Positions 7,456 through 17,427 of a stretch of 64,000 bases of DNA are shown piece after piece. How positions within the stretch are numbered: position 1 is the first letter of the stretch; each line of letters opens with the position of its first letter. The notes beneath the pieces are model-generated. The model worked only from the letters and a program-made list of their open reading frames with translations, had not been told where the DNA came from and searched no databases. The translations under genes were made by a program, and so were the position numbers. Source of the DNA: Candidatus Pacearchaeota archaeon (lineage in GTDB: Archaea > Nanobdellota > Nanobdellia > Pacearchaeales > GW2011-AR1). The DNA is taken from assembly GCA_016188825.1 (NCBI GenBank), contig JACPHA010000019.1:3414-67413 (forward strand), given 5' to 3'.

Positions 7456-10400
7456 ATGGAGAAGGAAAAAGGAAAAAACAAATTCAAGGCTTTGTTTCAG
7501 ATAATTTTGTTAGTTGGAGCAATTTTTTCAGGAGCTTATTTTATCAGTGAAACTAATGAGATTTTTGATTTATATGATAGTGAAAAAACTTATGATAAAA
7601 ATAAATCAGGATTTTTTGTCTTAATTTATGAAAGGTTTGTTAATTTAATTTTTAATGAAGAAAATTTTGTTTCTGCTGTTGAGCTTTCAGAGCGAGCAAT
7701 TGAGAATTTCAGGCAGCACAGTTCTGGAGCAAGCAATGAAAATATAAATCAAATGGCCAATGAATTTATTAATCGGGGCTATGTTACCGAATCAGAGTTG
7801 GAAAACGAAGAGGCTGTAAGAAGGGCTTTTGAAAGAGCGGGAAATGATGCTCAAGAATCTGTTGATAGCGGAAATCAAGCAAGCTTGGGGAATTTATTTG
7901 ATTTATTAATGTTGCTTTTTGGCGAGCAAATCCCTCCGATACCAAACATAAACGGAAATGACATAATTAAAGATAAAAAAGTTTTTGCCTGCACAAAGTC
8001 AAAAGACAATAAAATATGCCAGACTTATAGCGAGGAAGAGTGTGAGGAGAAGTGTGCTGAGACTTGTATTGAAATAGACGTAGAAAACGAAAATGAGAGA
8101 AATGACTTGGTTGGAGAGTGTGAGTTAGGAACTTGTATTGATGAAGAAGAAGGCGTATGCCAGCCAAATTCTCCCAAAGCATTATGCAGACAAGAAGAAG
8201 GAGTTTGGAGCGACCAATCAATTGAAAATTTGAATGAGTGCAGAAGAGGATGCTGTGTTTTGGGCAGTGAGGCTCAGTTTATTACAGAAGCACAATGTGA
8301 AAATAGAGCTGATGAAGTAGGAGCAGAGTTTGGAGTTGGAGTAAGGTTTGATCCTGAAATTATAACAGAACCCGAATGTCAGGCTAGAGGTTACAAGATA
8401 ACAACAGAAGAAAAGGGAGCCTGTGTGATTCCAATTTTGGGAAATGAAAAAAAAGACTGTAAGTTTATCATAGGAGAAGAATGTGAAGCATTGAAGCAGG
8501 AATTTGTTGGAACACAATTTTATATAAGAGAATTGTGCTCGAATTCTGCAAGAAACACAATTTGCACAAAACAAAACACAACAAACTGCGTTGAAGGATT
8601 GGATGAAATATATTGGTTTGACAGTTGTGGAAACAGGGAAAATATTTATGAAGGAAGCTCAAGCATAGAAAAAGAAAGAAGCTGGAATAATGGTTTTATA
8701 GAAAATAAAAGTGAAAGCTGTGAGATTGGAACAATAGATGAGCCATTGAGAAATCAGGGGACTTGTGGGAATTGCAACAGGGTTTTTGGAAGCGCATGCG
8801 GAGAAAAAACAACAGAGGAAAAATTAAATGATAACAAACAGGGAGTTGTTTGCTTGGATTTGAGTTGTATTGATGAAGAAACTGGAAAAAAATATGAGCA
8901 TGGAGAAAGCTGGTGCGCATATCAAAGCTCAATTGGAAAACCAGGACAGGATACTTATGGCACCGACGCTGTATCGCAATTTTTGCCTTCAAATCAGATA
9001 ACTGAATTTATGTCCGGCTCAAGAGCGACTGACACACCTGGAAGCAGGCATTTTAGAAAAACATGCCTGAATAGAAAGATAACAACCGAACCGTGCGGGG
9101 ACAACTACAGGAATGAAATTTGCGTGCAAAACACCACGGAAATTGAAGGGAGTGATAAGGATTTTTCGCAGGCGGCTTGCAGAAAAAACCGCTGGGCTGA
9201 ATGCTTGGCTTACAATCCAAGTTATAAAGAAAGCAGAATCATAGGATTGGCAGGGCCTGATTTCGCTCCCATGTTATTAAAAGCAAGACTTGCTTTGACT
9301 TGCGGGCAAGATCCTGATTGTTTTGTTAAAACTATTGATGTTGCGGACAAATTTAAGTTTTCATATTGTGTGCCTAGATATCCTCCAGGATTTGATTTGG
9401 GGAAATCAGAGGAAAGTGAGGCTATATGCGCCCAGGCAACGCAGAAATGCAAGGCTGTTCATGTTGAAGGCAAGGGATGGGAAGTAAACAAAGATTGTGT
9501 TGAAGGAAGCCCGAGCAGTCCGAAACCTTCAAGAAAGTTTATTCAAGAAATGAATGAATTTTGCGTAAGCTTGGGAGATTGCGGATATCAGGTAAATTAT
9601 GCAGGAAAAGCGCCTGCGCAGGGCTCTGGATTTTGCGCATATGCAAAAGAAGAAGGTGATGACAATGCCATGAGTAATTTTGGAGGACAGGGCTTGCCAG
9701 AATGCTCAGGAGTTCAGAGTGGAGGAGGCGGACTTAACTTTGAAGGATTTAGTGGTCTGCCTAGTTTAACAAATGCCTTAAATCCATATCCTGAAGATGC
9801 TAAGCCAACTCCTGGAGAATATATAAGAGCAGAGTTGTTAATTGACTTTCTGAAAAAAAGAGCCGGAGAAGACGGAAATTGGTTTGACAATTGGCTTTCT
9901 GAAATTGCGCAAGGTTTTGGAATTAATATAGATTCCTTAAGGGGAAAACTTGCAGAAGCAGACCAAGATCCTGATGTATATGATCCTCCTGGTGTTGATT
10001 ATAATTTAGCCTTGATTCCGGGCGCTGTTGGGGCTGGAGCATGGGGAGCCGCTTATGGGTCTGTCGTTGTTTTCGGAGCTCTGGGCAATTCTTTTGCCGC
10101 TCCGGCAGCGGGTTTCGGCTCTGCATTTTTAGGAGCCGCGATTGGAGCTGCGACTGTTGGATTTTTAATTGATGTTTTGGGAATTGCGCCCGGATTATCT
10201 CCTGCTGTAACTTATAGTTTAATGGGGGCAGGAGCAGTAAGCGGGGCAATTATGGCTCATGGTATTATTGAATCGGGCGCCTTGTCTGGTGCACTCACTA
10301 ATCCAATAGGATGGATATTAGCGGTTGTAGTAATTGCGATAATCATAATCCTAAAGGCTCTTGGTATTGGAGAAGTAACTGAAGTAGAAGTTGTTTTTGT

Positions 10401-11964
10401 ATGCAAACCATGGGAGAGACCGAGAAATGTTTACAAAGAAACTTGTCAGAAATGTGGAGAAGATGAATTAAGCGACGGAAGTAAAACGTTTCCGTGCAAT
10501 AAATATGCATGCGAGGCTTTGGGAGAAAGTTGCGTTTATCTTAAAGAAACTGAAGGTCCCAATGGGGGGCTGTGTGAATATGCGCCGAAAGATGATACAG
10601 AAGCACCTAGAATAATTGAATTGCTGGAAGAAAATGTTTTGTCAGAAGGTTTTGAGTATGACGAAATTGACTTGGAAAGTGCAAACCAAAAATTTGAAAT
10701 AAAAAAAGTTGAGGGAGATAGCGAATGTGTTGACCAGTTTGAATCTGTGGTTTTCGGATTTAAACTTGACGAATATGGAAAATGTGGAATAACTGCCAAA
10801 GATGGAGAAATAACTTTTGAAGGTCTTGTGCCGATAGGATTTATTGGGGCTAGGGAGCACACATACAGGTTTAACAATGTTTTAGATTGGGAGATTTTAG
10901 GAATTGGAAATTTAGAGCCAGAAGAAGAACATACAATTAATTTAAAGATTGTCTGCCAAGATTTAAATGGTGTTAATAATTTAGCAAATCCATACAAAGC
11001 AAATATTTGTGTTGTTCCGCGAGATTTGACTGCTGCAAGGATAACAGATATTTCTAATTTGCAAGACATAGCGCTGCCTTACGGAGCAACAGAAAGAGAA
11101 ATAACTATTCAGACAAACGAAAGGGCTGAATGCAGATGGGAGAGCGAGGACAAATCATTCGGCGATATGCAGAATAATATGCAGTGCGCAAGTGAGAGGG
11201 GAGGAAATGGTTTGTTTACATGCACTGCAACAATTCCAGTTGATAAGCCTGAAGAAAATATTTGTATAAAATGTTTGGACCATCCTGAATGGGAAGGAAC
11301 TGCAAGAGAAAATGAAAGAAACGAAAACCAAGAATGTCTAGGTGGAACGATAAAAAGAAGCGCAAGTGAATTGCAGATTGATTATGTAAATCCAAATAAT
11401 GAAACAATAAGAAGGGGGACTCCAAGTGTCACATTGACTTTAGAGGCAGGTACTTCTGGGGGATTTGATGGAAGCGCAGAATGCAGATTCTCAATAAATG
11501 GGACAAGAGAAAGCTTGTTTGCTGATACGGGAGGGAAAACGCATATAAGCGAACTATCCGGATTATCTCCTGGAGATTATAATGTTTTAGTTAAATGCAA
11601 GGATATTGCAGGCAACACTGCAAACAAAACAACAACATTCGAAGTGCAAGTAGATACGCAATGGCCAAGTGTGACGAGAGTTTATAATGACGATGGAAAC
11701 CTTGTTGTTGTGACAGACGAGCCAAGTGAATGCTTTTTTATTAATTCTGCTTTACAAGGAAGAAGAAATGCATGTAATTTCATGTCTAGTGAGGAAGATA
11801 ATTTTAATGAGATACATAGGATTAGCATCGGGTCTGGTTCTGGAGGAGTTTCGCACAGCACAAATTTTGATGAAGGAAAAACATATTATATAAAATGTAA
11901 AGATGATTTTGATAATGAAAAAGTTGGAAGCTGTAATATAATTGTAAGAAAGGGAGAGGTTTGA
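7456..11964 (+). CDS. giant Cys-rich secreted/membrane protein with central Gly/Ala hydrophobic region and C-terminal beta-rich repeats
   Basis: About 1500 aa with an N-terminal hydrophobic signal and dense Cys modules. N-half matches 14527..16338; C-half matches 18503..20626. Confidence 0.85.
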   Translation: MEKEKGKNKFKALFQIILLVGAIFSGAYFISETNEIFDLYDSEKTYDKNKSGFFVLIYERFVNLIFNEENFVSAVELSERAIENFRQHSSGASNENINQMANEFINRGYVTESELENEEAVRRAFERAGNDAQESVDSGNQASLGNLFDLLMLLFGEQIPPIPNINGNDIIKDKKVFACTKSKDNKICQTYSEEECEEKCAETCIEIDVENENERNDLVGECELGTCIDEEEGVCQPNSPKALCRQEEGVWSDQSIENLNECRRGCCVLGSEAQFITEAQCENRADEVGAEFGVGVRFDPEIITEPECQARGYKITTEEKGACVIPILGNEKKDCKFIIGEECEALKQEFVGTQFYIRELCSNSARNTICTKQNTTNCVEGLDEIYWFDSCGNRENIYEGSSSIEKERSWNNGFIENKSESCEIGTIDEPLRNQGTCGNCNRVFGSACGEKTTEEKLNDNKQGVVCLDLSCIDEETGKKYEHGESWCAYQSSIGKPGQDTYGTDAVSQFLPSNQITEFMSGSRATDTPGSRHFRKTCLNRKITTEPCGDNYRNEICVQNTTEIEGSDKDFSQAACRKNRWAECLAYNPSYKESRIIGLAGPDFAPMLLKARLALTCGQDPDCFVKTIDVADKFKFSYCVPRYPPGFDLGKSEESEAICAQATQKCKAVHVEGKGWEVNKDCVEGSPSSPKPSRKFIQEMNEFCVSLGDCGYQVNYAGKAPAQGSGFCAYAKEEGDDNAMSNFGGQGLPECSGVQSGGGGLNFEGFSGLPSLTNALNPYPEDAKPTPGEYIRAELLIDFLKKRAGEDGNWFDNWLSEIAQGFGINIDSLRGKLAEADQDPDVYDPPGVDYNLALIPGAVGAGAWGAAYGSVVVFGALGNSFAAPAAGFGSAFLGAAIGAATVGFLIDVLGIAPGLSPAVTYSLMGAGAVSGAIMAHGIIESGALSGALTNPIGWILAVVVIAIIIILKALGIGEVTEVEVVFVCKPWERPRNVYKETCQKCGEDELSDGSKTFPCNKYACEALGESCVYLKETEGPNGGLCEYAPKDDTEAPRIIELLEENVLSEGFEYDEIDLESANQKFEIKKVEGDSECVDQFESVVFGFKLDEYGKCGITAKDGEITFEGLVPIGFIGAREHTYRFNNVLDWEILGIGNLEPEEEHTINLKIVCQDLNGVNNLANPYKANICVVPRDLTAARITDISNLQDIALPYGATEREITIQTNERAECRWESEDKSFGDMQNNMQCASERGGNGLFTCTATIPVDKPEENICIKCLDHPEWEGTARENERNENQECLGGTIKRSASELQIDYVNPNNETIRRGTPSVTLTLEAGTSGGFDGSAECRFSINGTRESLFADTGGKTHISELSGLSPGDYNVLVKCKDIAGNTANKTTTFEVQVDTQWPSVTRVYNDDGNLVVVTDEPSECFFINSALQGRRNACNFMSSEEDNFNEIHRISIGSGSGGVSHSTNFDEGKTYYIKCKDDFDNEKVGSCNIIVRKGEV

Positions 11965-12001
11965 TATAAAACTTTAAATATGTATTAACACATAAGTAAT
12001 T

Positions 12002-12365
12002 ATGATAAACATGACTTTGGCTATTCCGGAAGAATTATTCAGAAGAATGAAAGGATTTAGCGAGATAAGAAGTAGAAGATTTGGAAATTATGAATAAAAT
12101 ATAGAGAGTTTTGACAAACCCTAAAAATCTTCAAAACTCTCTAAGAAGGACTTTGAAAAAATCAGAAAAATAGAGGTTATTCAAAGTCCTCTATAGTGAA
12201 AGACGCAAGTTTTTTACCAATTTTGTGCGTCTTTCCCTTGATAGTCAATGACGAAACGGGAAATTATTAATGTCTTTGACTATAGCATCGAAAAGCAAAT
12301 TGAGTGAGAGAGGTGTTGAAGAGATAAGTAAAAGAATAAAAAGCGGCGCGGCTAAGAAGTTTTAA
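12002..12365 (+). pseudogene. small RHH-like antitoxin/regulator pseudogene interrupted by a hairpin cassette
   Basis: MINMTLAIPEELFRRMK, a frameshift, VEDLEIMNKI, a 183 bp insert, then ASKSKLSERGVEEISKRIKSGAAKKF-stop. Confidence 0.65.
12102..12284. repeat. four-unit long-loop hairpin cassette
   Basis: Stems of 13, 11, 10 and 12 bp (last with one mismatch) around 16, 22, 18 and 19 nt loops. Confidence 0.85.
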
Positions 12366-13015
12366 TGGAAGATTCAAGTTACTGGGAGATTGAGCCGAAC
12401 GAAATAGTTATAAGGACATGCGAGCATATCAAGTCTGGAAATGCTCTTGATTTGGGTTGTGGGGAAGGCAGAGATGCGGCTTTTTTAACAAAAAAAGGAT
12501 TTGATGTTTTAGCTGTTGATTCTTCGGCAAGGGGAATACATAAAGCAGAGCAACTGGCAAAAATTCATAAATTAAAAATCAAAACAAGAATTGAGGATAT
12601 TATCGACCTCTCTCTAAACAAGAACTTTGACTTGATATTGTGCAATAATGTTTTGCATTTTCTTGATTTTAAGAATGTGAAAAAAGTAATTGAGAAAATG
12701 AAAAAACATACTAAAATTGGAGGATTAAATGTTATAAGTGCTTTTATAGAAAATTCTGGAAGATATATGACAATTTGTCCAGAATTTTCTAATAAGACAA
12801 TTTCTATTTTTAGTCACGCAGGTCACGAAATTGTCTATAATGAGATGAATGATAAAAAAGGATTTGCTTTTTTATTTAAAGAAAATCAGCTTAAAGAATT
12901 TTATAGGGAATGGGACATAATTCATTATAAAGAGCTTACAACAGGAATTGAGCAGCATGATTTTACAAAACTACGCAGGCATGGAATTTCGGAGATTATT
13001 GCGAGGATTAAGTAA
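12365..13015 (+). CDS. class I SAM methyltransferase, TehB-like, with an in-frame hairpin insert
   Basis: ALDLGCGEGRD motif I, FDLILC..VLHF, GGLNVI. Confidence 0.88.
   Translation: MEDSSYWEIEPNEIVIRTCEHIKSGNALDLGCGEGRDAAFLTKKGFDVLAVDSSARGIHKAEQLAKIHKLKIKTRIEDIIDLSLNKNFDLILCNNVLHFLDFKNVKKVIEKMKKHTKIGGLNVISAFIENSGRYMTICPEFSNKTISIFSHAGHEIVYNEMNDKKGFAFLFKENQLKEFYREWDIIHYKELTTGIEQHDFTKLRRHGISEIIARIK
12747..12836. repeat. two-unit long-loop hairpin cassette inside a CDS
   Basis: TAGAAAATTCTGGA-17nt-TCCAGAATTTTCTA and AGACAATTTC-22nt-GAAATTGTCT. Confidence 0.85.
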
Positions 13016-13028
13016 TTATTTTAAGTGT

Positions 13029-13241
13029 TTAATGCATTAACGGACCATATTTTTTATATTTATAGATGATAAAATAGTGAAAAATATGTCAAGAAATTAA
13101 AATGCGAACTTTAATAAAATCAATATAAAGATAGTTATCTTACATCGGGGATTTATCGACGTTATTTACTAATTATTGAAATGGGTTGAATAGTTTTATA
13201 ATCTCTTTAAAGAGGCAGTTTAGTCCGGAATTGACCTAATC
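13029..13241 (+). repeat. dispersed non-coding repeat, copy 1
   Basis: Aligns by eye with 28928..29082 (TTTTTATATTTATAGA, AATTAAAATGCGAACT, AAGAGGCAGTTTAGT) and has two extra blocks. Confidence 0.85.
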
Positions 13242-13367
13242 GCCTTATTTTATTAGTAAAATTGTGCTTAATGTTAATTATAAAAAGAAGATTTTAGCAA
13301 AAGGATGAAAAGCTGTGAATAAAAGTTAAAGCAAAACAATTATAAATAAAATATTATTAAAAAAGAT

Positions 13368-14138
13368 ATGGGGAGCGATAAAAGAGGCCAGGTTGCTATT
13401 TTTGTTATAATCGCAATTGTAATTGTTGTTGCCGGGATTTTGATTTATTATTTGTTTCCTGATGTTAGGAGCGTGATTTCTGGAGAGATTGATCCAACAA
13501 TATTTATTCAATCATGCGTAGGGGAGGAGTTTAAAAGCCAGATAAAAACACTGGCAGAGCAAGGGGGATATGCAAATCCTGAAGGATATATTTTGTATGA
13601 AGACAAGAAGGCAAAATATTTGTGCTATACTTCCGAATATTATCTGCCTTGCAGAGTTCAACAACCTTTGATAAATGAAAATTTTGAAAATGAGCTGAAT
13701 AATGCTATAAAGAATAAGATTGATTCGTGCTTTAACGAAATGCGCGGAGAGTTTGAGGACAGAGGATATGAAGTTTCTGGAGATATTTCTGGAAGTGATG
13801 TAAAAATTGTGCCAAATAAAATTCAATTGGCAATGAACGGAAAGTTCGGTGCAACAAAGGGAGAGGAAACAAAAACATTTAATGAAGTTAATTATGAAAT
13901 TCCGAGCAAGATGTATAATTTAGTAATGATTGCAACAAGCATTGTTGATTTTGAATCTTCTCTTGGAAATACAGAAACATCTTTATATGTTGGAAATTAT
14001 CCTGACATAATTATTCAGAAAACTAAATTGACTGATGGCTCGACGGTTTATACGGTAAAAGATGCTACGACAAATGAAGAATTTACTTTTGCATCAAGAA
14101 GTTTAGCCTGGCCAGGAGGTTATGGGATAGAAGCTTAA
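13368..14138 (+). CDS. class III signal peptide (pilin-like) protein, paralog B
   Basis: KRG/QVAIFVIIAIVIVV leader; YLC...PC..QQPL and RS.A.P.G shared with paralog A. Confidence 0.82.
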   Translation: MGSDKRGQVAIFVIIAIVIVVAGILIYYLFPDVRSVISGEIDPTIFIQSCVGEEFKSQIKTLAEQGGYANPEGYILYEDKKAKYLCYTSEYYLPCRVQQPLINENFENELNNAIKNKIDSCFNEMRGEFEDRGYEVSGDISGSDVKIVPNKIQLAMNGKFGATKGEETKTFNEVNYEIPSKMYNLVMIATSIVDFESSLGNTETSLYVGNYPDIIIQKTKLTDGSTVYTVKDATTNEEFTFASRSLAWPGGYGIEA

Positions 14139-14139
14139 G

Positions 14140-14448
14140 ATGAAGATCGAAAAAGAGAAAGTTAATAAAGAGATAGAAGAATTAAAACCAAAAATAATCG
14201 GAATACTAAAAAATAACCGAATAAGGAAAGCGAGAATTTTTGGCAGCTATGCTCGTGGTGAGCAGAAAAAAAATAGCGACATTGATATTTTGGTTGAGTT
14301 TGATAAAGAGATTAGTTTATTTGATTTTGTTGGAGTTAAACTGGAAATTGAAGAGGCTATAGGAAAAACTGTTGATTTGGTAGAATATAAGGCAGTAAAA
14401 CTGCGTATAAAAAGAAATATTCTTATGGATGAGGTGAAAATAATATGA
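14140..14448 (+). CDS. minimal nucleotidyltransferase (MNT) antitoxin
   Basis: IFGSYARGEQ...SDIDILVEF...VDLV. Confidence 0.9.
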   Translation: MKIEKEKVNKEIEELKPKIIGILKNNRIRKARIFGSYARGEQKKNSDIDILVEFDKEISLFDFVGVKLEIEEAIGKTVDLVEYKAVKLRIKRNILMDEVKII

Positions 14449-14525
14449 AACGAGATATTATGTTATTTTTAGGAGATATTTTAGAGAATATAATTCTTAT
14501 TGAAAAGTCTACTGAAAAGATTTAA
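14445..14525 (+). pseudogene. truncated HEPN (DUF86-like) toxin
   Basis: MKRDIMLFLGDILENIILIEKSTEKI-stop, with an ATGA overlap with MNT; resembles DUF86 N-termini. Confidence 0.65.
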
Positions 14526-14526
14526 A

Positions 14527-16338
14527 ATGAAAATAAAAAAAAATAAAAACGAGAAAAGTAGAAAAAATAATTTGATTTATGCATTTGGAATAACAATTTT
14601 ATTAATTTTTTTTGCGAATGTTGTTTTTGTAAATGCTGAGGGGGAAAGAGTCGGAACACTTGACAGGACAGTTTGCTGCGAAAAAACGAAATCGGGGCTG
14701 TTTTGCCAGGATGTTAAAGAAGAACAGTGCGCGACAGCAGATAATCCTCCGACTTCGTGTGTTTCTGTGTCATCCTGCAAACCAGGATTTTGCTTTGATT
14801 CTTTCGAGGGAACTTGCTTGGATAACACACCACAAATGGTTTGCAATGAAAATAAAGGGACGTGGTTTGCTGAAAAACCTGCGCAATGCGAATTAGGATG
14901 CTGTGTTTTAGGAGACCAGGGTTCTTTTGTAACATTGACAAGATGCAAAAAAATGTCCGGGGATTTTGGATTAGAGACTAATTTTAATCCTGACATTAAG
15001 GATGAAACAGAGTGTATTTTAACTGCTGGAAGCAGAGAGAGAGGGGCCTGTGTTTTTAATGAAGATTTTGAAAAAACTTGCAAACTGACAACGAGACAGG
15101 AATGCGCTCCGGAAAATATTTTAGGCGGGAGTGGAAAATTTGGAATAGTAAATGAAACACAAAATAGAAACCTGGAGGGATTAACTCCAGCAGGAAGCGG
15201 AAATGAAGGAACCGGAAGCATAACAGGACAGGCAATTAGTGATTTGGCAACGAATGAAGTCAAGTTTTATTCTGGAAAGTTATGCACTGCGGAAGAATTG
15301 GGGACAAATTGCGCTATGACAAAAGAAACAATTTGTATTCCTGGAAAAGAAGAGGTTTATTTTGTTGATACTTGCGGAAATCCTGGAAATGTTTATGATG
15401 CTTCAAAGATAAATGACAAAGAATATTGGGCAAATATAAAAGACAAGAGTGAGATATGCGGGCCTGATTCTGGAAATGAGAATTCGCAGACATGTGGAAA
15501 TTGCAATTATTTGTTTGGAACATTCTGTCGTGCTTCTAACTCTAAAACTGCAAGACCAACTTACGGAACAAATATCTGCGCGAGCTTGAATTGCGTCGAT
15601 GATGAAGGAAATGAAAAATTGCATGGAGAGTCGTGGTGCTTGTATGATGGAGGCAGTGGAGTTGCAACAGCTGCGACTGGGGCAAAAGTTGGAAGCAAGT
15701 TTTACAGGCAAATTTGCAACAATGGAGAGATTTTAACAGAGCCTTGCGCTGATTTCAGGCAGGAAGAGTGCATTGAGAACAACATTGACACACCACAAGG
15801 CAGATTTTCTGAAGCGGCGTGCAGAGTGAATCGCTGGCAGGATTGCACGGCACAAAGAAGCCAGAGAGATTGTGAAAATTCTGACAAGAGAGATTGTAAA
15901 TGGTTTAATGGAATTGGATATGTTTTAATGGGCTCTATATTGAACGGCAGTTCTTTGGATGACAACTCTCTTGCATCGGCAAGGCAAAGGGCTTCTGGAG
16001 CAATACAAGCGCAAGGTGGCTTGGAAAATATTCCTAGGGGTGCGTGTGTTCCTAAAGTAACTCCTGGATTAAATTTCTGGACAGGAGATGAAGCGCGCGG
16101 CATTTGCGCGCAGGCAAATGCAATATGTCCTGTGACTTATGAAAAAAAAGCAGTTGGTGGTGGAGACTGGAAATGCGTAAAAAACTGTGAATGTGATCCG
16201 AATGAGCATCCAGAAGTTTTGGCGCAGAGATTGCAGTTGTGCATGTCTCTCGGAGACTGCGGGCCAAAAGTAAACTGGGTTGGAGACAAAGGATATAATA
16301 TTGGCTATGACGTTACGAAGAGAAAGGTTGGGGATTGA
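14527..16338 (+). CDS. Cys-rich secreted protein, homolog of the N-half of 7456..11964
   Basis: Signal peptide; shared GCCVLG, CGNCN, HGESWC.Y, AACR.NRW and C.SLGDCG motifs. Confidence 0.88.
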   Translation: MKIKKNKNEKSRKNNLIYAFGITILLIFFANVVFVNAEGERVGTLDRTVCCEKTKSGLFCQDVKEEQCATADNPPTSCVSVSSCKPGFCFDSFEGTCLDNTPQMVCNENKGTWFAEKPAQCELGCCVLGDQGSFVTLTRCKKMSGDFGLETNFNPDIKDETECILTAGSRERGACVFNEDFEKTCKLTTRQECAPENILGGSGKFGIVNETQNRNLEGLTPAGSGNEGTGSITGQAISDLATNEVKFYSGKLCTAEELGTNCAMTKETICIPGKEEVYFVDTCGNPGNVYDASKINDKEYWANIKDKSEICGPDSGNENSQTCGNCNYLFGTFCRASNSKTARPTYGTNICASLNCVDDEGNEKLHGESWCLYDGGSGVATAATGAKVGSKFYRQICNNGEILTEPCADFRQEECIENNIDTPQGRFSEAACRVNRWQDCTAQRSQRDCENSDKRDCKWFNGIGYVLMGSILNGSSLDDNSLASARQRASGAIQAQGGLENIPRGACVPKVTPGLNFWTGDEARGICAQANAICPVTYEKKAVGGGDWKCVKNCECDPNEHPEVLAQRLQLCMSLGDCGPKVNWVGDKGYNIGYDVTKRKVGD

Positions 16339-16353
16339 TTTTTTATTATAAAT

Positions 16354-17070
16354 TTATTCTCTGTAGGTAACTTCTAATCTGGGGCCAATAAAACCGTTTT
16401 CTTTTGAATAAAATACTGCATAATCAAAATCGACATTACTAAAACTTGTTGTTTTTATTGCTAGTCCGTTGTTTGGTATTGTATAATTATACCATTTTCT
16501 AACTGCGCCTGTTACATCAAATCTATGGGTGGCTGCCACATCAAATTTTATAGTTTGGGCGTCTAGGTTTATTATTTGAGTTGGCATGTTATCATAACTA
16601 ATACTATTTTCTCCCCAAGATGAAAAACGAATATAGCCAACTTCTGTTGTGCCTAGAGGTTTAATATAACTAGCATTACTTCCTGGCACTAACGATAATT
16701 CTGCGTGGATAATTTCTCTCGCGGTAATTCTTGAAACATCAAATTTTATGAAAGCGATATAATCTGTATAGCCAGAAGAGCCTAGATTTGAATTTCCTGT
16801 GTATAAAATCCATTCGTCGCCGAAGTTTTGAGAGGGTTGACTTGATGAAACATAACTGTCCTCTGATGCGCCAATATCGGCTGTTTTTATTTCATTTTCG
16901 TTGTCTCCCTCATTATTTTGCGGTGGACTAACATTTACCGGAGGTTCATAATCGGAAATATTTTCCGGGAGAGTTTGAGGACAGCCAAAAAGTGAAAGGG
17001 TTGTTGCAAGCAGGGCACTACTCAATGATTTTTTAATTCTATTAGAAGATAAGATTTTGTCTAAACTCAT
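16354..17070 (-). CDS. putative lipoprotein with a DNRLRE/CBM96-like domain
   Basis: LSLFGC lipobox; DSYV...NFG, FIKFD, W.E..I.Y...P, FDVT..V..W, N.GL and P.LEVTY pattern. Confidence 0.75.
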   Translation of the reverse strand: MSLDKILSSNRIKKSLSSALLATTLSLFGCPQTLPENISDYEPPVNVSPPQNNEGDNENEIKTADIGASEDSYVSSSQPSQNFGDEWILYTGNSNLGSSGYTDYIAFIKFDVSRITAREIIHAELSLVPGSNASYIKPLGTTEVGYIRFSSWGENSISYDNMPTQIINLDAQTIKFDVAATHRFDVTGAVRKWYNYTIPNNGLAIKTTSFSNVDFDYAVFYSKENGFIGPRLEVTYRE

Positions 17071-17205
17071 TTTTACTTTTTGATAAAGTTATTCAGAAAG
17101 TATATAAAGATTTATGTTAAAAATTATAGAGATTAAACTTGGAAAAGTATAAAACGCAGAGTTATTTATTCTTTTCTTAAAGATTGAAAAATCTTATGTT
17201 TAAAA

Positions 17206-17427
17206 ATGAGAAATGTAAAATCTAAAAAACTTTTGAGGGCATTAATAAAACTTGGTTTTGAAGTTAAAGCACAAAGTGGCACTCATGTTATCCTGCGTGG
17301 ATTTAGAGATGGAGTAAAAAGAACTTTCCCTGTTCCTATTCATCATCAAATTATTCCGATTGGGACTTTTAAAAGCATTCTTAAACAAGCGGGCGTAACA
17401 GAGGAAGAACTGAAAGAATTTTTATAA
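17206..17427 (+). CDS. hicA: HicA family mRNA interferase toxin
   Basis: L.KLGF...Q.GTH...VP.H...IP.GT..SILKQAG. Confidence 0.88.
   Translation: MRNVKSKKLLRALIKLGFEVKAQSGTHVILRGFRDGVKRTFPVPIHHQIIPIGTFKSILKQAGVTEEELKEFL

Noticed and set aside
7967-11425. Numerous antisense ORFs within the giant gene, and likewise in other long genes
   Set aside because: They are shadow frames with no motifs or expression signals.
12102-12284. CRISPR array interpretation of the hairpin cassettes
   Set aside because: There are no identical direct repeats, the variable parts lie inside inverted arms, and no cas genes are in the window.
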